This document shows, piece by piece, positions 41,501 to 56,500 of a DNA stretch of 64,000 nt. The stretch is taken from the NCBI GenBank assembly GCA_002633005.1, contig NMRA01000143.1:625402-689401 (forward strand), given 5' to 3'. How positions within the stretch are numbered: the stretch's first letter is position 1; every line of letters begins with the position of its first letter. The notes beneath the pieces are model-generated. The model saw only the letters and a list, made by a program, of their open reading frames with translations, was not told the DNA's origin and made no database searches. The translations under genes were made by a program, and so were the position numbers. This stretch comes from Phoronis australis. Lineage: Eukaryota > Animalia > Phoronida.

Positions 41501-44500
41501 ACATTTCATTATTATAGCGTAATTTGAATTGAAGAGATTCTTGTACATATAATGTACTCTTAGTTTAAGTAAATAACACACAGGTATCTATTTTAATTTT
41601 TGTTTAAGTCTGTGATAAACTTTCAAATGAAGTAATCATCCTTTTTTGGAGATGCAAAATGCCTATTGCAGAAGTAGAAATTTAATCGCATCTGTCTGAT
41701 ATTATCCTTTAGTTACCTGTTGAATTGTTGTCTTCTCATCTGACTCCTTGTGTCTTCATCATTTCCCCCGTTTCTCATTTCACTTCATTCTACTGTAATC
41801 TCTTATCAGTCGTCTTGTTTTGTCTTTTCATCTCATTACTGCATGGTTACCAAGAGGAGGCAGTGTATTGAGTATCCACCTCCCATTCTCAAGGTTGTGG
41901 GTTCAAATGTCACTGGATCCCATTGCTAGACCCTTAAATCGTGTCTCTAGCTCTTCAGCCTGGTATTAATATTTGTGTGTATTGTGTGTTACATGACTTT
42001 TGTGTATATTAATGAACAAAAATGAATTCAGGTGTACTGGACCACGTGTACTATTTTTTACTGGTTATCATATATTGTACCCTCTCACCTCCCTTGAATT
42101 ATTTCCTTGTTTCCCTCATCACTTTCCCTGTTTTGTCTTAATAGTTGCCCCGTGTACACCAACTTGCCATCTCAGTGTAAGGAAGTAAAGAAAGACGGGG
42201 AGTGTTGTTCCAAAGTGGAGTGCGGCTATGGCACCTTTGTACCCTCTACCACTGGCACCATCAAGCCAGGCACTGGTGAGAAAGGGTCTTGTGGAATTAG
42301 TGCTGAGATTTCTGTGAGATGTGTTATTATTGCACTAGTGTCATCAGCCTTTTAGTTACGTATTACTACTCTGGAAGTAGTTCACTGAGTTTTTTTTGTT
42401 TTCTTTCAATGGGCAATGTGGATGACGTCTAAGGTCTTATCAGCTTTCTTGACTTGATTTTGTTTTCAAAAATACAATATTCACATATTTTTTGGAATTA
42501 CTGTACATGACAAAAGTTTTTGGACAAAAAGATTCGCGATTCGCCATCATGATGGCTGGACTGAAGCCGAATCATTGTGAGAGTAATCTTCTCTAATGAC
42601 AAATAATGAAGGGAAATTGGCAGGAAAGTTAAAGGTCGATGGCTAGGTATTCTGTAATTAGAGTTTTGTTACCCTAACGGTTGTTACCACGAGTAATTTT
42701 TCTGTTAACAAACTTAGGGGTCATAATGGTGTGGTAGTTTGTCTGATTTTTTTGTCTTGTACTGTATACGCTTTTTTCCATGCCAAAATGAGCAAATTGT
42801 TTGAAGCAACTGTACTGTAATAATTGATTTCCAATCTGTGACATAACCTGTACTAAAAGCTATTTTCTGGAATTTTGATTTTTTGATGCCCTTAGCAATT
42901 TTTTACAGTACGTAGGGCGATTTGCATGGAATTTTACAAATTTATTTTTAAAGTGCTGTTGAAGGAACCATTTTCCAATTTTTGATTTTGTTTTGAGCAA
43001 CAGAAAGATATTGACTGTCAAATATGAAGACATGTGACAGATTGTTTCAAATAGGGTGTTTTTTGTTTGAGGGGGAAATGCCAAGCCCCCCCTCTATTGG
43101 CAGTACAATGTAGAGTTTTAACACTTATGTTATTTGATGAAATGCAAAAAGACTTCATAAAGTTAAACGTACTTGAAAGTTGCCTTTATAGTAGGCTTGA
43201 AATTCACATTTATTTTAATTTTTAGTGTTGGAATATTTTATGATGTTAGGAGTATCATTGTAGCATTGAAATTTTCTGAAGTAATTTTGATACGAGTCCA
43301 TCATTCTGCTTCTGATGCAAATTGTTGATTCTGACTCTTGATTCTCCAGCTGTAAAGTTAACTTAAATTTATTGTTTCCTTTTTTTCCTTAAAATATACT
43401 GTGTTTAGGCACCGGCATTGTTGTCACTGGCAATACAACGCCGCCTCCTGGCACTGTTGTCGTACCCCCTGGAACTGTTACAAACATAGGTAAGAAATCG
43501 TTGCTTTAAGTGGAATTAAACCCCTAATTTGTCAAAAAAGTTTTGGTTTTGTCTATTGACCGCTATAAAATTGATCTCAAATTGTTGCCTAGTCGTATTT
43601 GAGGTGTTTTTAGGGCTTCAAAAGAGCTACGGTTTGTTAATACTTGAAACCAGGGCCCGGTCTCTAATCTTTGTACTCGAAACGAACTCGAAACTATTTT
43701 TGGCAATTTCTCTGCTCCTTTTGTGCGAACTTAGATAATTGGTTATCAGACTGTGATCGAATACATTATAGTTTATGCATAGGAGTTTCTAGTTCAAGTT
43801 TGCCCTTGAAGACCCTTATATTTGTGCTACAAACTCGAGTAAAAACTCGAAATTTCAAGTTCAAACTCGAACTTATTGCTTTAATATTGGGTTTACAAAC
43901 TGTGAACTAAGGGCAATAAATTATCTAGGTAAATTATTGTGTACTCGAGCATAGAATAATAGACACTTATCTTGAGTTCGCCCGAACGTAGAGTAGAAAA
44001 TGCCAAACCTAATTTCGAGTTCCATTTCGAGTAAAAAGATTGGAGACCGGGCCCAGGTCTGTTTCATGAAACTATTTTAGTCTTAACTTGGACTGAAATA
44101 ACAATTCTGTCATCATGTCACGTGTCACGTTGCATTTGTGTGAAAAATGCTGTTGATGTCATGACAACAATCAAACTTTTTTGAGACTTAAACTTTCATG
44201 AAACGGAACCCAGGCTCATAAAATTTCAGGTCACTGCTTAGCCCGAAATTTTTTATTAGCGTCGTCTAAAAAGAACCGTCAATTCTTCGTGAGGAACAAG
44301 ATAAGACCAATTTTATAAATAATAATAATAATAATTATAAAACTGATATTTAACAGAAAGCATGGCCCTAATGCCTCTTTAATCAATGAAATACAAAATT
44401 TAAGGCTTGTTTACTTTTTTATTTTGCGTTAAATGTGTGAAGAAATCTTTGCAATTATTACATTATTTTTAATGTTTATCTAGTTATTTGCTTTTGATGG

Positions 44501-47500
44501 TCATTGAAGGTTAACAGTGGGTAAAAATGTCATTTCCTATTACCTAAACCTTCTTTCATCATCAGATAATTAATTGTGACTAATCTAGTCAGGTGTGGTG
44601 CATCAGTGATACTCTATCCCTGTCTTTCCAGAGGGTTGCATGTACAATGGTAAGCTCTACAAACAAGGAGTGGTTTGGGAGGATGGTTGTGATTACATCT
44701 GTGAGTGTATCGATGGCAAGGCAGGACGCTACAAGTGTGGAAGCAAGTATGTAAACTATTTTGGTTACTTCGTTTAAACCCGTTTTTTGTTCACACTCCA
44801 CTGCTGTGTCTGAAGTTCACAGGTTTTGTTGGAATTTCCTTAGCTTCGTTGAGGTTGGTGTATAAGCTAAGACAAAAACCAAGTTGTAACTGGAACTAGG
44901 TTTTTTGAGAGGTAAGGCAAAATATTTGCTCTGAAATTACGCCAATATGTAGTCGGAGGATATATGGTCATCTAATTCTGAAGACTCCTCTACGTGATTT
45001 ATTTAGATTGAGTGTGTATATACTGGGTGTGGTTATGTTGGAAACTAGTGTCACAGTAAGTTGTTTCCTTTATAGTCGAATGTGGGTAAATAGAATATCA
45101 GTCATTATATTTTTATTTGGCTGGCTTCCTCTGTTTAGAGCTTTGTTTCTGGTGTGGCTGTTGGTGATTGTGATTGTGTAGCTTGAACACTTGTCCAAGT
45201 TGTCTCATTCCTAAAATATGCATCACTATGTAAAGAAGGTAGAAGGGAGCTTGCCATCATTACCATTTCCTGTGTTTTACAAAAAGGGAGCAAACTTTAA
45301 AGTTAAACTTTCTTATTTTCAGGGCTCTTTTAAGACAATTTCCTCTTTTTTGGTTTGAATATCCTAGCTCTTATTTGATTTCCAGTTTTTGTCTCTTTTT
45401 ATCATTATTTTAACTTTATTCAATTGTAGAAAGCTTTATTTCACTTAAATTTTACAGTTATACAAAAAATGTTTCTATGACACATGCCTTTTGATTTGTG
45501 GAACAATACATCACCTGCCAAAATTTTCCACTTTTTTGTCATTGGTCATTCCAAACCCTGATAAACCCTTGATAGTTGCTCTTACAAATTTGAGCAAACG
45601 TGCTGTTTTCATTTTAATTAGTATCTTTCCATTATAACCTCAGGTGTCCCATTTGGAACAATCTACCTGCCACCTGTAGTCTACAAGATATGCCTGGGGA
45701 CCAGTGTTGTCAGTATCCTGTGTGTACAGGCACTGTCACCCCGGGTACTATCATCCCCACCTTCCCTAAAGGCATCACTGGAACCCGACCCGTCGTCACC
45801 ACTGGCACCGGCACCGGCACCATCGTTGGCCCTGTGCCAACACTAAAACCAGGAACGGTGACAAAGACCCCACCTGTTGTCAAGAATAGTAAGTTCTGGA
45901 CAAGTGTTAAAGTTTCAAATTTAAAATTACTGAAGTTTAATAACAGGGTTCTGTTAGCGTAAAAAAACAACACAGCTTCTCTTCACTCCTGACATTGAAC
46001 ACTTATGAACACTTATGAACACTTATGGTGAAATTGCTAATTTAGGACACCATATGAAATTTTACCATTTTTTCCATGCAAAATATGTAGCACCTAGTAA
46101 GTAACACATTTTCATGTCAAGTTTAACACCTCAGCTTATATTAGACAAGGTTTTGAAAAATGTGAACATTCACAATTGTCTTAGAAGCCTTTGAAAAAAG
46201 AAAAAAGGTCAATTTGGCAATTATTTTGTCCAAAATATGTGAGATTTTGCCGTGTTCGGCTGGGTACTAAGAGGACTAAATGCTGAAACACTCTTAATTG
46301 GCCATGTTTAGTCAAGATGGTCAGCAGAGCATTAACATAAAGAGCTGCAGTGTTTTCCTCAAACTTAAGTTGCATTTAAAAACTAACTAAAAACAAACAG
46401 AAATTGAGGTGTACCGTGATAATTTAGAAAACCAGGGAGTCTGTTGGACAATGCCCCCGTTGAGTTTTACATGGCTTTGGTTATGTTATTTGGACAAAGT
46501 GTTGGAGGAAACGGAATCATTAGCTTCACTATTCATTAGAATCAACGTGTTGCACGCACCGCGCTAAATAATGAGTGCATAAGTCTGCGAGAGATGCAAA
46601 CCAAGGGGGCATCAGAACAGTGGAAGTCAAGAGTTGTGATAACGGCAGATCTTGTCTGCTGGTCAGTCAAGTGCAGTGCCGGATTCATTATCAAGGAGCT
46701 TTTAGCAATAGCATTTTGCAAGAGATTAATACTTATAAAAAAAATGTTAAGTAGCTGTTTCTCAGTAGTATTTTTGTTCTGAATCTATGACATAGTCTTG
46801 CTTGAAATAAATGAAAATTGTTCTGGGAAACACCTGTCTGTTGTACTAAAAATCTTAAGGTTTTTGTATATAACATTCTAGTTTGTGTGGCCATTCATTG
46901 ACTAATAATTCTGTGCATGCAGGTGTTGGTGGGCGAGAGACTCTCTTGTCAAGGATTAAACCCTCTCATACTCGACTTGTTCCCCCCCGTCTGTCACAAT
47001 AGTTTAACTAGTAAGAGTATTAATTTAGCTCCGGCATTAATGCAAAATGTTTTTTGAATAATTTGACCCGACTTAGGTAGCTGTCATCTTCCGTTCACTT
47101 ATTAAAAGTTCTGTTACTTTGTGGGATCATAACTACTTGGTTATTTTTGATACTAAGAGCGCTTTTGTGTGCCAAGTGTGGTGTTCGAGACAACTTCAAC
47201 TACGCGACAAATCCTAATCAGCCAATTTCAGACCTTTCAATTTTTTGATGGAGGTGTCTTTTCTCATCATAGTTTGAACAGTTGGCTAAAGCTCTTGCAT
47301 ACGGCCTTCAAGGGAAACAGCTTTTGTAAGTTTGTTTTTGAAGTTCAACTACGAGAGACGTGATCTGCTGTTTGTGCTGTCATCCACGACTCACTCTTGT
47401 TTAAATTATTTTGCAGATGTCTGCGTCTACAAGGGCAAGAATTACAATCAGGGTCAGAAATGGGTGGATCTGTGCAATTACAACTGTGAGTGCGTTGACG

Positions 47501-50500
47501 CATCGACAGGATTTTACAGGTGTAGCGACAGGTGAGATAACGATGTATGATGAGCACTGACACAAATTTGTGCATGGAGTATGAATTCTGTGATCAAACC
47601 TGTACTTGCCTTCTGTCGAAAAAGCAACTTTTGATTCTAACTAAAATAATTCTCAAAGCTTGTTCTGTACTGAGGTTATATATAGAAGGATTTCTGAGCT
47701 TGGTCTGAACTTGTAGTTAGTTAGTGCTTGATTCTCTGACCTGTTGCATGTAATAGTTACGGCTTATTATTTATGACATGTCAGTCCTACAGGGATGGCT
47801 TAAGCTCAACGTATACTAGATATTATATGACACCATCCTACCTAGAAATTTCCTATACAATTAATGAATACGATTTACAATTTGATGTTATGTAAGGTGT
47901 TTCTGAGTCTATTTTATTGTGGTTGCAGGTGTGTGACGTACAGTAACTTGCCATCATCATGCCGAATGGTCACTAATGCCGACGACCCATGCTGCAAGAT
48001 TCCCAAGTGTGACTTCACAACAGTCAGGCCTACACCACCCGTGGCAACTGTGAAACCACCGACTAGTATGAGTAAGGGCAGTCTAACAGTTAATACTTAA
48101 GTTTAAGAGTCGTAGGCAAGCTAAATATTAGTTAATAGTATTCATGTTAAACTTAAGTTTAGACAAAAATGAAATGCCGAAGAGATTATTGTTTTTCAAT
48201 TTTAACGATCAAAAGTGTATGAAAAATCTGTTGTCATAATTATACATTACAAACTATGTCAATCGGATAAAGTGGAACTCGTGAATCAATGTAATCTTTA
48301 ATGAAATAAAATTTGCTTTTCTTTCTGCACGATTGTGTCGTAAACAAAGAAAAGTTAAGTAATTTTTTCATCGTGTTTCATCCGCATTGTTACTTCAGAC
48401 GAGTGTGTGTACCCAGACGGACGGAAGTACAGCCAAGGGCAACAGTGGAATGATGGCTGTGCCCTCAAGTGCACATGTGAAGACGCCAAGACGGGCTATT
48501 ACCGCTGCCAGAACAGGTGTGCAGCATGTTTGACAACATCTAATCTGTGAACACAACGCAGTTTAGGGAAATATTATTTAAATGGAATTTAAATCCCAGC
48601 GGTTGCCGTGATGCAGTAAAAGTGCATTAGAATAACAAACGTCTTGGGCATGTCTTTGTATCTGTTGTGTTTCAAATCACTGATGACATCACTACACCAT
48701 ATGCTAACACTTTCTAGCTGAATTTGACCGAGCTTGACCAAGACTACGTCATCTTTGTATTTGACCGAGCTTGACCAAGACTACGTCATCTTTGTATTTG
48801 ACCGAGCTTGACCAAGACTACGTCATCATTGTATTTGACCAAGCTTGACCAAGACTACATCATATTAATTCTCCAATTTTGAATTTGTTTGCTCCCAGCC
48901 ATTGCTCAGCTAGCTTGGGAAAGAAGCTGCATCAGGAATTAGACGAGTCTAATTTTGTGAAATCATGGTTGAAGCCAATCAAGTTCGCCTCCCCATTGCT
49001 TCACATTTACAAGTTGAACTATTGCATCGATACTTCACATTTATAAATGAATTCTTGTTCATTGTGACCAATTGCAGTAATTGGACTAATTAAAGTTAAT
49101 TGTCCAGTCATGCAATAATTGATCTAATTGAAAAGTGTTAATTGTCCAAGCATGCAGTAACTGGACTTTTAAAAAGTGTTAATTGTCCAATCATACAGTA
49201 ATTGGTCTAATTAAAAAATGTTAATTGTCCAATTATGCAAATTGTCATGAGAAGGTGCATGTTTTTAAGGTTAAATATAATAATGATAATAATAATAATT
49301 CTTGAATCAGATGTAATGAGACATTGCTGCCACTAACTTCATATTATGTTATTTGCTTTGCAGATGCCCCAGTTACACCAGTATACCTCCAAACTGTAAG
49401 CTGGTGACAGACCCTAATGACCCAACCTGTTGTAAGGTACCTCAATGTGACCTGCCTACAGGTGAGTGTATGTTACAGGCTACCGCATGACTCGGGCAGG
49501 TCATCACTGCCATCTTTGGTACAGTGCCAACACCAATATTATAATAAGTGTTGTGGCTGGTGAGGTCAATGCAAAACTACGTAATCTTTAGCAATGCTAT
49601 GTTGTTTGTTAATTATCTCCTTTCTCTGGTATAAGTTATCATGACAATAGAAATGTTATGAACTTGATAATGTGTAATATTCCAGCAACCATCTTTTGTG
49701 GTTAGGACACTGCTTTTTCATGCTGCTATTCATGATTTTGTCAAATTTGTTTTTGTTTTTGTGTATTTGTAAAACTGCATTGTGCTTCGCTGTCTATTCC
49801 AAGGAACCAACGTAAAGCCAGGGACAGTGGTGACACCTACTGGAGTTGTGGGTACTTTCACTGGAACGGGCAAGCCAGTTGTGACCACAAATACAGGCAC
49901 TGTAGGCTCAATCAAAGGTAAGCAGCCATCATCTGTTCGGCTAGTATAATTCATTTTAATACAAAACACTCATTGTTGATGTTTCTCTTTGAAAAAATAA
50001 AAATTTCACTTCATAATTATTTGCTGACTTAGTATAGGTGGAGAGTTCACATTTAATAATATTAATAAAATATTAGTTTTAGTCTGATAGTACTGTTGCA
50101 TAATTATAAATATGTTAAAACTTATTAAATGTGGCTAATTTGCATAACATGCATGTGTTACATGTTAGCTGGCGTTGATTGCTGATTCTGATTTCAGACG
50201 TTTGTGTGTACAATGATCAGGTGTATCGTCAGGGTGACCGTTGGGAAGATGGCTGTCTCTATTCATGCGAGTGCATCAACGCCCCCTTTGGACAGTACCG
50301 GTGTACTGACAAGTAAGTCCTGCAGGACTGTCCCTGGCCATGAGACAGTAAGGGTACTGGCAGTGTATGGAAGCATTTGCCAGTTGGGGTGAATTTTCGG
50401 AACAGTGTGTTTAGTAAAGTTTGAAGCATGTTAAAACTTTTCTCTTCTAAATTCAGGAAAACTCATAAAAATCTGACATGTGTAGGTTGTATTCTCTTGA

Positions 50501-53500
50501 CTCTGTCATGTCAAAGCTCTGCTATACTGTTGTTCTAGTCCTCTCAGCCCTTCAGATATGTCAGAAGTCACCCTTTTGCTTAAAATCTGTTGATCCAGTT
50601 GGATTCAAGTTGAGTACTAAGTTTTAAAGTGAAATTGATACATTAAAAAGTTATTAATTATTTTTTTGTTACACGATGAAAGATCTTCTGTTGGTGCATA
50701 GCCCAGTAAAGCCAATGGTACTGTAATTTTGCACATGCCTGTTATCACCTTCAGCTTAAATCTTGGTTCATGTTGAGTCTTTTTTGATGTAACGTAAAAT
50801 TATTTTGTGTGCTCACTTAAAGCGCAGTTTGCTTGCATGTCATTTCCTTTTCCAGTTTATAATTTAGTTTCTGAGGATGTAATTTGCTTGTTACTCACTT
50901 GGTTGATCTAATGGAGGTATTTAGTAAGTGAAAGATAAATTGTATTCCTACTGACTATTAAATGTGTGCAATCTTGATATCGGATAATTCAAAATGTTGC
51001 GTCATTTGTAATAATCCTCATAACAACTTAGATTCACCTGTGGTGAGTACTCCTGAACAAATGCTGGTATCCAGTCAGATTCTGATCATTAGTTTACTTG
51101 ACCCACTCATAGGTGTCCTCGCTACCCAGCCCTGCCCAAAGAGTGCAAACTTGTCGTTGACCCCTTCAACCCGTGTTGCCAGAAGCCTCAGTGTACAGTT
51201 ACCACGGGAACGGGCACTGGAACAAATGTCTGCCGTGATGTGCTGGACAACTGTGCTGATTATGGCAATGATGCGTGCTCATCAACATACGAAGGCTGGG
51301 CGAGGGAAAATTGTGCCAAGCGTTGTGGATATTGTGGAAGTAGGGCTCTCATTTTGCTTTCTCTGCTTTATGTGTTTCTGATTAAAATCTCTCCCTATTT
51401 GATGACACAACTCGTGAATGCTTTGGTTAACTACTATAATTTTGGTGTGTCGCTTCAAAATTATTATGGACGGTTAAAATTTCCAGTGTATTAACTAAAA
51501 GTGAAAAACACCTCTCGTTGATCTCATTGCGGCTCCTGATGCTATGGACCATTAAATTTCAAATTAATATCTGCAATTATTTTAATCAGGTTCAACTACA
51601 TTGCTGTTAATATAAGCGTTTTCTTTGTACTTTATGTAATCAACATTGATCAACTTTACAGGAAGTACCGCAGTGTTGCCCCCCACACCCACGAAGGCAG
51701 GCCCCACAGTACCTCTGCCAGCTTACTGTCAAGATTCTATCCCCAACTGCCAAGACTATGGGTCCTACGTTTGCAGTGGAGATTATCTAGGCTGGGCTAT
51801 AGACAACTGCCCCCGTACCTGCCGACTGTGTGGTAAGCTACGAGACGGTATTATTCACATTTATAATAACAGGTACTGCGCCATTTTTGTTTTACAATCT
51901 TATGAAAAAGTTGTGGAAATAGTTATATCAGACTGCGCAACAAGGGAACCCATTGGAACATATTCTATGATATAATATGCCATTTTTGGAAAAAGTGTTA
52001 AATATTTATTGCCCCCATTGACTCTGAAAGCCAATGAATCTTTTGTTTCCATTTACAGCTTATGTTACCACCAGAGGTCCTATCGTGGCCACAACAACGA
52101 CAAAGGCAACACCCAAACCAAGTGAGTACAATAGATCAGACTCCACTTGGGACTTGCAAATTGTTCATGTCACTGAAATTACTATTAACATCTCTGGAGT
52201 TATCCTATTGTGTATGCACACCTGGCTACAAACTCTTTTGAGTTCTTAGTAAGCTAGCTTCTCTGAGCTATATAAATTGAAGTTGACAATTTTTGCTATC
52301 ATTATTTTACCTAGTGATGGCATTTCAGATATCTCTTGTCTAGTTTCAACTCCAGATGGCAGCGGTCTCCATCTTGAGATATTGGTCTAGTACATTGTTG
52401 AGCATTGGTGCTGTCTTTTGTCCCACATCACGACTAGAGCGCCTCTTAAAACCTCTGACAATGAATACATTAAGGTTACTTATAGTTAAGACATCCGCCA
52501 TGATAGTAGAGAAAACAGTCAACAATTCAAATCCACTGTCTTGTCATTGATTTTTGACTAAACTTTGCCCTATTTTTCGGGGAATAATTTAAAAGATTTT
52601 CACAAGAAATTCAATTTCAAAACCCAAACAGTTAAAAATGGCTAATTTCAGTTGCAATTTATTTTGAGTACTGTGTTTTATTGCTCTTAAGTCATCGCTA
52701 TGCAATATTGCCCTCAGATCATAATTAACACTTAGATCAGTGCTCATCTTTAGACGAGGCGCCAGTGGCTCTTTTACAAACCTGTTGACAAAACGCGAGG
52801 TGCTGTGAAACTTGTTGAGTTTCTAATGAAGTCACAGGCTTTGAAGTTGTGTCAAAACCTTGGCTTGTACATGCCATATTTTGAATCTTTTTGGTAGAAA
52901 CTTCGGTGGAGTTACCGTCCCAATAACTCTCTGAGCCAAGTAGATGATTGATTACTGCAGCTATTTCCTCTTCTCTGCCACCTGTTGGTCACTTATGAAA
53001 GCTCTTGAGTACCAACTAGTGTTTCCGCCTAGTGTTCAAACCCAGAATCAGTCCATTGCATAAATGACGTCACTAATTGCTTTTGGCTCATGAAGGGACA
53101 GTCTGCAAATTTCAATGTAATGGAATTCAGTCTTCAGCAGTGATGATTTGACTCTTCTTACCAAAGCTGGAAATTACAAGGTCTGAGTGAGGTATGAGTT
53201 GAGGCGATCATCAGATTCAAAAACGACCCCTTTTTAAATGAAAACCACGTAATGCATGTGAGTTAGTTTTCAAGAGGAACCTTCTTTGTACGTTTTGTTT
53301 TATTGTTAACACTTTATGGTAATAACAGGATCATTCTGTGAGTACAAGGGAAAGAAATACACTACCGGTGCCACCTGGGATGATGGTTGCCAGTACTCGT
53401 GTACTTGTGAGAATGAGGACACTGGACTTTGGAAGTGTACAGAGAAGTGAGTGTTGATGCTTTGGTTTGCTTAGGTGTGCATTGAAGTGTGTCTTATTGA

Positions 53501-56500
53501 AGCGTGTCTTATTGAAGCGTGTCTTACTGAAGCATATCTTATAGAAGCGTGTCTAATTGAAGCGTGTCTTATTGAAGCATATCTTATAGAAGCGTGTCTT
53601 ATTGAAGCGTGTCTTATTGAAGCATGTCTTATTGAAGCGTGTCTTATTGAAGCTGCCATTTTATTACAACAGTGGTCTTAACCAAAGGTTTTAAAATTTG
53701 GACATCTGTCTATTGTCTATCAATTTGCAGTGCTGCAAAATTAGGTGATTGTTTGATTATTGGATAATTGATTGATAATTTGATTGGTTAATTCAGGTGC
53801 CCTGTATGGCNAACACCCAAGCCAAGTGAGTACAATAGATCAGACTCCACTTGGGACTTGCAAACTGTTCATGTTGCTGAAATTACTATTAACATCTCTG
53901 GAGTTATCCTATTGTGTATGTACACCTGGCTACAAACTCTTTTGAGTTCTTAGTAAGCTTCTCTGAGCTATAAAAATTAAAGTTGACAATTTTTGCTATC
54001 ATTAGTTTTACCTAGTGATGGCATTTCAGATATCTCTTGTTTAGTTTCAACTCCAGATGGCAGCGGTCTCCATATTGAGATATTGGACTAGTACATTGTT
54101 GAGCATTGGTGCTGTCTTTTGTCCCACATCACGGCTAGAGCGCCTCTTAAAACCACTGGCAATGAATACATTAAGGTTACTTATAATTAAGACATCCGCC
54201 ATGATAGTAGAAAAAACAGTCAACCATTCAAATCCACTTGGCATTGTTTTTTGACTAAACTTTGCCCTATTTTTCGGGGAATAAAGATCTTGAACTAAAT
54301 TTTCACAAGAAATTCAATTTCAATACCCAAACAGTTAAAAATGGCTAATTTCAGTAATAAATTGCAATTTATTTTGAGTGTTTTATTGTTCTTAAGTCTT
54401 CGCTATGCAATATTTTCCCTCTGATCAAAATTAACACTTAGATCAGTGCTCATCTTTAGACGAGGCGCCAGTGGCTCTTTTACAAACCTGTTGACAAAAC
54501 GCAAGGTGCTGTGAAACGTGTTGAGTTTCTAATGAGGTCACGGGCTTTGAAGTTGTGTCAAAACCTCGGCTTTTACAATCATGCCATATTTTGAATCTTT
54601 TTGGTAGAAACTTATAAATTCGGTGGAGTTACCGTCCCAATAGCTCTCTGAGCCAAGTGGCTGATTGGTAATTGCAGCTATTTCCTCTTCTCTGCTACCT
54701 GTTGGTCACTTATAATGCTCCTGAGCACCAACTAGTGTTTCCGTCTAGTGTTCAAACCCAGAATCAGTCTATTGCATAATGACAGCACTAATTGCTTTTG
54801 GCCCATTAAGGGACAGTCTACAAATTTCAATGTGATGGAATTCAGTCTTCAGCTGTGATGATTTGACTCTTCTTATCAAAGCTGGAAATTACAAGGTCTG
54901 TGTGAGGTATGAGTTGAGGCGATCATCAGATTCAAACATGACCCCTTTTTAAATGAAAACCACGTAATGCATGTGAGTTAGTTTTCAAGAGGAACCTTCT
55001 TTGTACGTTTTGTTTTATTGTTAACACTTAATGGTAATAACAGGATCATTCTGTGAGTACAAGGGAAAGAAATACACTACCGGTGCCACCTGGGATGATA
55101 ATTGCCAGTACTCGTGTACTTGTGAGAATGAGGACACTGGACTTTGGAAGTGTACAGAGAAGTGAGTGTTGTTGCTTAGGTTTGCTTAGATGTGCATTGA
55201 AATGTGTCTTATAGAAGCGTGTCTTATTGAAGTGTGTCTTATTGAAGCGTGTCTTATTGAAGCATGTCTAATTATTGAAGTGTGTCTTATTGAAGCTGAC
55301 ATTTTATTACAACAGTGGTCTTAACGAAAGGTTTTAAAATTTGGACATCTGTCTATTGTCTATCAATTTGCAGTGCTGCAAAATTAGGTGATTGTTTGAT
55401 TATTGGACAATTGATTGATAATTTGATTGGTTAATTCAGGTGCCCTGTATGGCAGACCTTGCCGAAGGAGTGCATAATGAACCCGCCATTGCCTAATAAC
55501 TGCTGCCCATACCCTGTCTGTCGTGGTGGCAAACACACTATAATTTACCCCACAGGTAAGGAGGTCATTATTTATCGTTGCAAAAATCCTAACCATTAAT
55601 TGTCTCATGCTGCTACACCATAGAACTGAGGAATAAATTGGAGTTTGTTTTTAAGCCAATGTGTGTCCCAGTATAGGGTTGTTGATGACAAAATGGACCC
55701 CTGTTTTCAAGTCATACGAAATTTGTGACCACAGGATGTAAACATCTTTACAATTTCTTTCATAGATTCCTGTTACTGAATCTTGTTAATAAGTTTTTCA
55801 CTAAAGAAGTGGCATTTTTGAGTGGTTATACTTGGCGAGAATATTTTGAACGCGATTGAAAGCAATATTCATGCATGCCAGCTGTTGACGCAGGGCTTGG
55901 CACTTAATAGCACAATGTCAACTGCCAAATGAAATCTGGCAAATTCTCAGATCGCCAAATTGGAGCTGAGGTCGCCAAACACCATTGCCCCGAGCCAAAA
56001 TTGCAAGCCACCTTATTTTAAGTGAAAAGCCTGTGAAATCAGCAAGTGTCCTCCGGTCAGCATGCTCATTGATGACCAGTTTTCCCTTTTTTGGCCCAAT
56101 ATCTCTTGTGTAAACCCACTTCCTGGGCAGACAAAAACTTTTGGACTCTTTCGATTTTTGCCAAACGATTCCGTCTTCTGTCTGTTAACTTTCTGTAGTA
56201 TTCAGAGTGCGTGCTGGATTTTGGCAAGGCGATTTTATTGCATTTTCATCAGGTCACCAAACAAAATCTGAGATCGAATTGACAATGTGCAGGCCACCAA
56301 ATTATGCCTGTTACACAATATTTAAATTCTGAAATTCAATAGTGTTCTACTATCATGGCGATTCTTCATTTTATACACAACAAGTCTGTGCCAAAACTGC
56401 CATCCGATGATTCATTTTTGAATAATTAATGTAAGTCTCTATAATATACTCAACGTTTACTTGATAACCGTGATATGTCATCTATACATTATGCACCTTG

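Noticed and set aside
41855-41935. Possible tRNA/SINE head (ggttgtgggttcaaat)
   Set aside because: Only a degenerate B-box; too decayed to support a call.
48723-48863. 37-bp and approx. 44-bp (36101-36435) repeats as possible CRISPR arrays
   Set aside because: Head-to-tail units with no unique spacers, no cas genes and a eukaryotic intron context.
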